This document shows positions 62,370 to 64,000 of a stretch of 64,000 nt of DNA, one piece after another. Position numbers and translations under genes: made by a program. The number at the start of each line of letters is the position of its first letter. Position 1 is the stretch's first letter. Location of the stretch: IMG/VR virus record IMGVR_UViG_3300029288_004596, positions 128,001-192,000 of that record; one strand, written 5' to 3'. The notes beneath the pieces are model-generated. The model worked only from the letters and a program-made list of their open reading frames with translations. It was not told the DNA's origin and did not search any database. This DNA comes from a virus (taxonomy: Duplodnaviria; Caudoviricetes).

Positions 62370-63156
62370 ATGCGATTCTTGCACTCAGTGCAACTACTGG
62401 GTGAATATGTATGGGGGAGCAGTGTTTGCGGATGGGTCCGAGGATGCCTCTGTCCTGGTGGTGGGAGAAGCCCCAGGACAGTATGAGCAAAGGACCCTGC
62501 TCCCATTTACTCACTTCCTTGAATGGAAAGCTTCAAGGTGCGTATCCTGCGTGAGGTATGAGAAGTGCTATCCTCCCAGCGTTATAAGGCAGAGAGCTTA
62601 TTTACCTGAACTGGTCTGTTCCTACGAACCAGTTTCTGACTCGAAAGTCATGGAGGACAGGGTAGCTGACAAGTCTGTGGTCCCCTACACTGTTAGCTCC
62701 CTCCTCAATGACGCCGTAGTCAAAGCTGGGTTGTCCAGGGACTGTTGGAATAACATAAGGAGGCTTTATGGGAAGGACCCTGTAAAGTCTCCTTTCTACA
62801 TCACCAACATTGTGAAGTGCAGGCCTGTAAGGGGAGGAGAAAACAAAGCTCCTTCAGTCTCTTGCTCCGACTCCTGTATAAGATGGCTCTCTGGTCAGAT
62901 AGAGCTTATAAAACCTAAGGCTCTTCTTATACTAGGGGCTGTAGCTGGGAAGGCCTTGCTGGGCAAGTCTTTTTCTATAACCCAGAGTTCAGGGACTATA
63001 GTTCCAGCTTCCGACTATGACCTGCCGGACTGTGTGGAAGAGGTGGGATTCTCTTTCCACCCGTCCGCTATAGAAAGAAGCCCATCTGAGAAACCCAAGA
63101 TGGTGGAGCAACTCAACTTTGTGGTTAAGGAACTGGGAAATAGGTACAAGGGATGA
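62353..63156 (+). CDS. Uracil-DNA glycosylase family 4-like
   Basis: C..C N-terminus, VGEAPG.E, YITNIVKCRP..N..P, QIELIKPK.LL.LGAVA, FHPSA. Confidence 0.85.
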   Translation: MSLKSRCDSCTQCNYWVNMYGGAVFADGSEDASVLVVGEAPGQYEQRTLLPFTHFLEWKASRCVSCVRYEKCYPPSVIRQRAYLPELVCSYEPVSDSKVMEDRVADKSVVPYTVSSLLNDAVVKAGLSRDCWNNIRRLYGKDPVKSPFYITNIVKCRPVRGGENKAPSVSCSDSCIRWLSGQIELIKPKALLILGAVAGKALLGKSFSITQSSGTIVPASDYDLPDCVEEVGFSFHPSAIERSPSEKPKMVEQLNFVVKELGNRYKG

Positions 63157-63338
63157 AGTGTCACGTCTGCGGAAATACTGAAGTTGTGGGCATAGAGTAT
63201 ATGGGAGTCTATGATGGAGTCTCAGAATGGCAGTGTCCTGGCTGCGGAACTAGATGGGGAAGGTGGAGCGGGAGAATTTTGTTAGGAGATGACTATGAGG
63301 ACCCGAAAGAAAGGTTCAGGACCGACAAGGACGATTAG
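63153..63338 (+). CDS. Zn-ribbon protein
   Basis: CHVCG...YDGVSEWQCPGCG.RWGRWSG. Confidence 0.65.
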   Translation: MKCHVCGNTEVVGIEYMGVYDGVSEWQCPGCGTRWGRWSGRILLGDDYEDPKERFRTDKDD

Positions 63339-63855
63339 AACCTCGGTGACTGGAGTCACCATGGGCAACAGGCAGGAGATTATAGCCCTGCTTGGAGAGA
63401 AAGACATCAGGAGACTTTATCTTATAAGAGAACCTGATAATAAGTTTGACGAGTTTGCCATTAAAGTCTGCGCCCGCATCCCCATGGAGGGCAATATTTA
63501 TTCCTGCCCAGGGTGCGGAGCCACCTATGAAACTGATGTGGACAAGTGTTCCATCTGTGGAACAGAAGTCTTTAAAGGCAAACTGGCTCAGATAGGCTAT
63601 ATAAAGAATAGGGGGATAGGATGCCATGTTTGTGGATACGTGGCTACAGTAGGACCAGGGATGAGGATTCCCCAGGATTGCCCATTCTGCAATGAGCCTA
63701 TCAACAGAGAAGGGTTAGCCACCAGGCTGGCCAAGAAAATGGATGAAGGAACCGAGTATATGTGCGAGGTCCTGGAATACACTGGAGGAGGTCTGGACGA
63801 GAACGAAATCCCTCTTTCTCATGGGGTTAATATACTGATACAGGAGAAAGCATAG
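63289..63855 (+). CDS. HIRAN-domain protein with inserted Zn ribbons
   Basis: VTGVT..NRQ.II..L...L.REPDN.FD.FAIKV...IGYI; two CxxC..CxxC inserts. Confidence 0.78.
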   Translation: MTMRTRKKGSGPTRTIRTSVTGVTMGNRQEIIALLGEKDIRRLYLIREPDNKFDEFAIKVCARIPMEGNIYSCPGCGATYETDVDKCSICGTEVFKGKLAQIGYIKNRGIGCHVCGYVATVGPGMRIPQDCPFCNEPINREGLATRLAKKMDEGTEYMCEVLEYTGGGLDENEIPLSHGVNILIQEKA

Positions 63856-64000
63856 GGAATATGATTGAGTTGTTCAAGGCCATACTCTCTTCTCAGGTAG
63901 TCAAGAGAGTGCTCTTGTCTACTACCTGCGCTTTGTTCTCTGAGATAGCCAGGATTTCCGGCAGGGAATATATGGAACTCAGGAAGATAAAGAAGTCCTG

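Noticed and set aside
665-63782. All minus-strand ORFs in the track
   Set aside because: They shadow motif-bearing + strand genes and show no recognisable motifs

Overview
All supported genes lie on the + strand, densely packed and often overlapping, which fits a segment of a large (jumbo-type) bacteriophage genome in the standard genetic code. No virion genes were recognised, so the phage call is an inference. Recognisable genes: two ankyrin paralogs, an RNA ligase, two sigma-70-family factors, a C39-like peptidase, a DNA methyltransferase, a MoxR AAA+/VWA pair, two SSBs, a ubiquitin-like conjugation operon (JAB, E1, Ubl, GroES, E2-like), class II ribonucleotide reductase, an RlpA-like protein, an Endo VII-type nuclease, RecA, a family-4 UDG and a HIRAN protein. 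Two aberrant tRNA-like genes and a candidate structured ncRNA are also present. About half of the window is tandem arrays of small proteins defined by their C-terminal tails. (i) 75 mini-proteins (23.9-37.8 kb, mostly absent from the ORF track) start with D-x-[CP]-x-x-hydrophobic-E and all end in [RK]-x-x-x-G-COOH. (ii) 41 proteins from four unrelated groups end in hydrophobic-E-E-COOH. (iii) A small group ends in a basic tract plus [DE]-Y. The best candidate for an undescribed system is this C-terminal 'barcode' repertoire, possibly coupled to the encoded E1/E2/JAB machinery. That coupling is a hypothesis only. All translations and counts were done by hand and no database searches were run.
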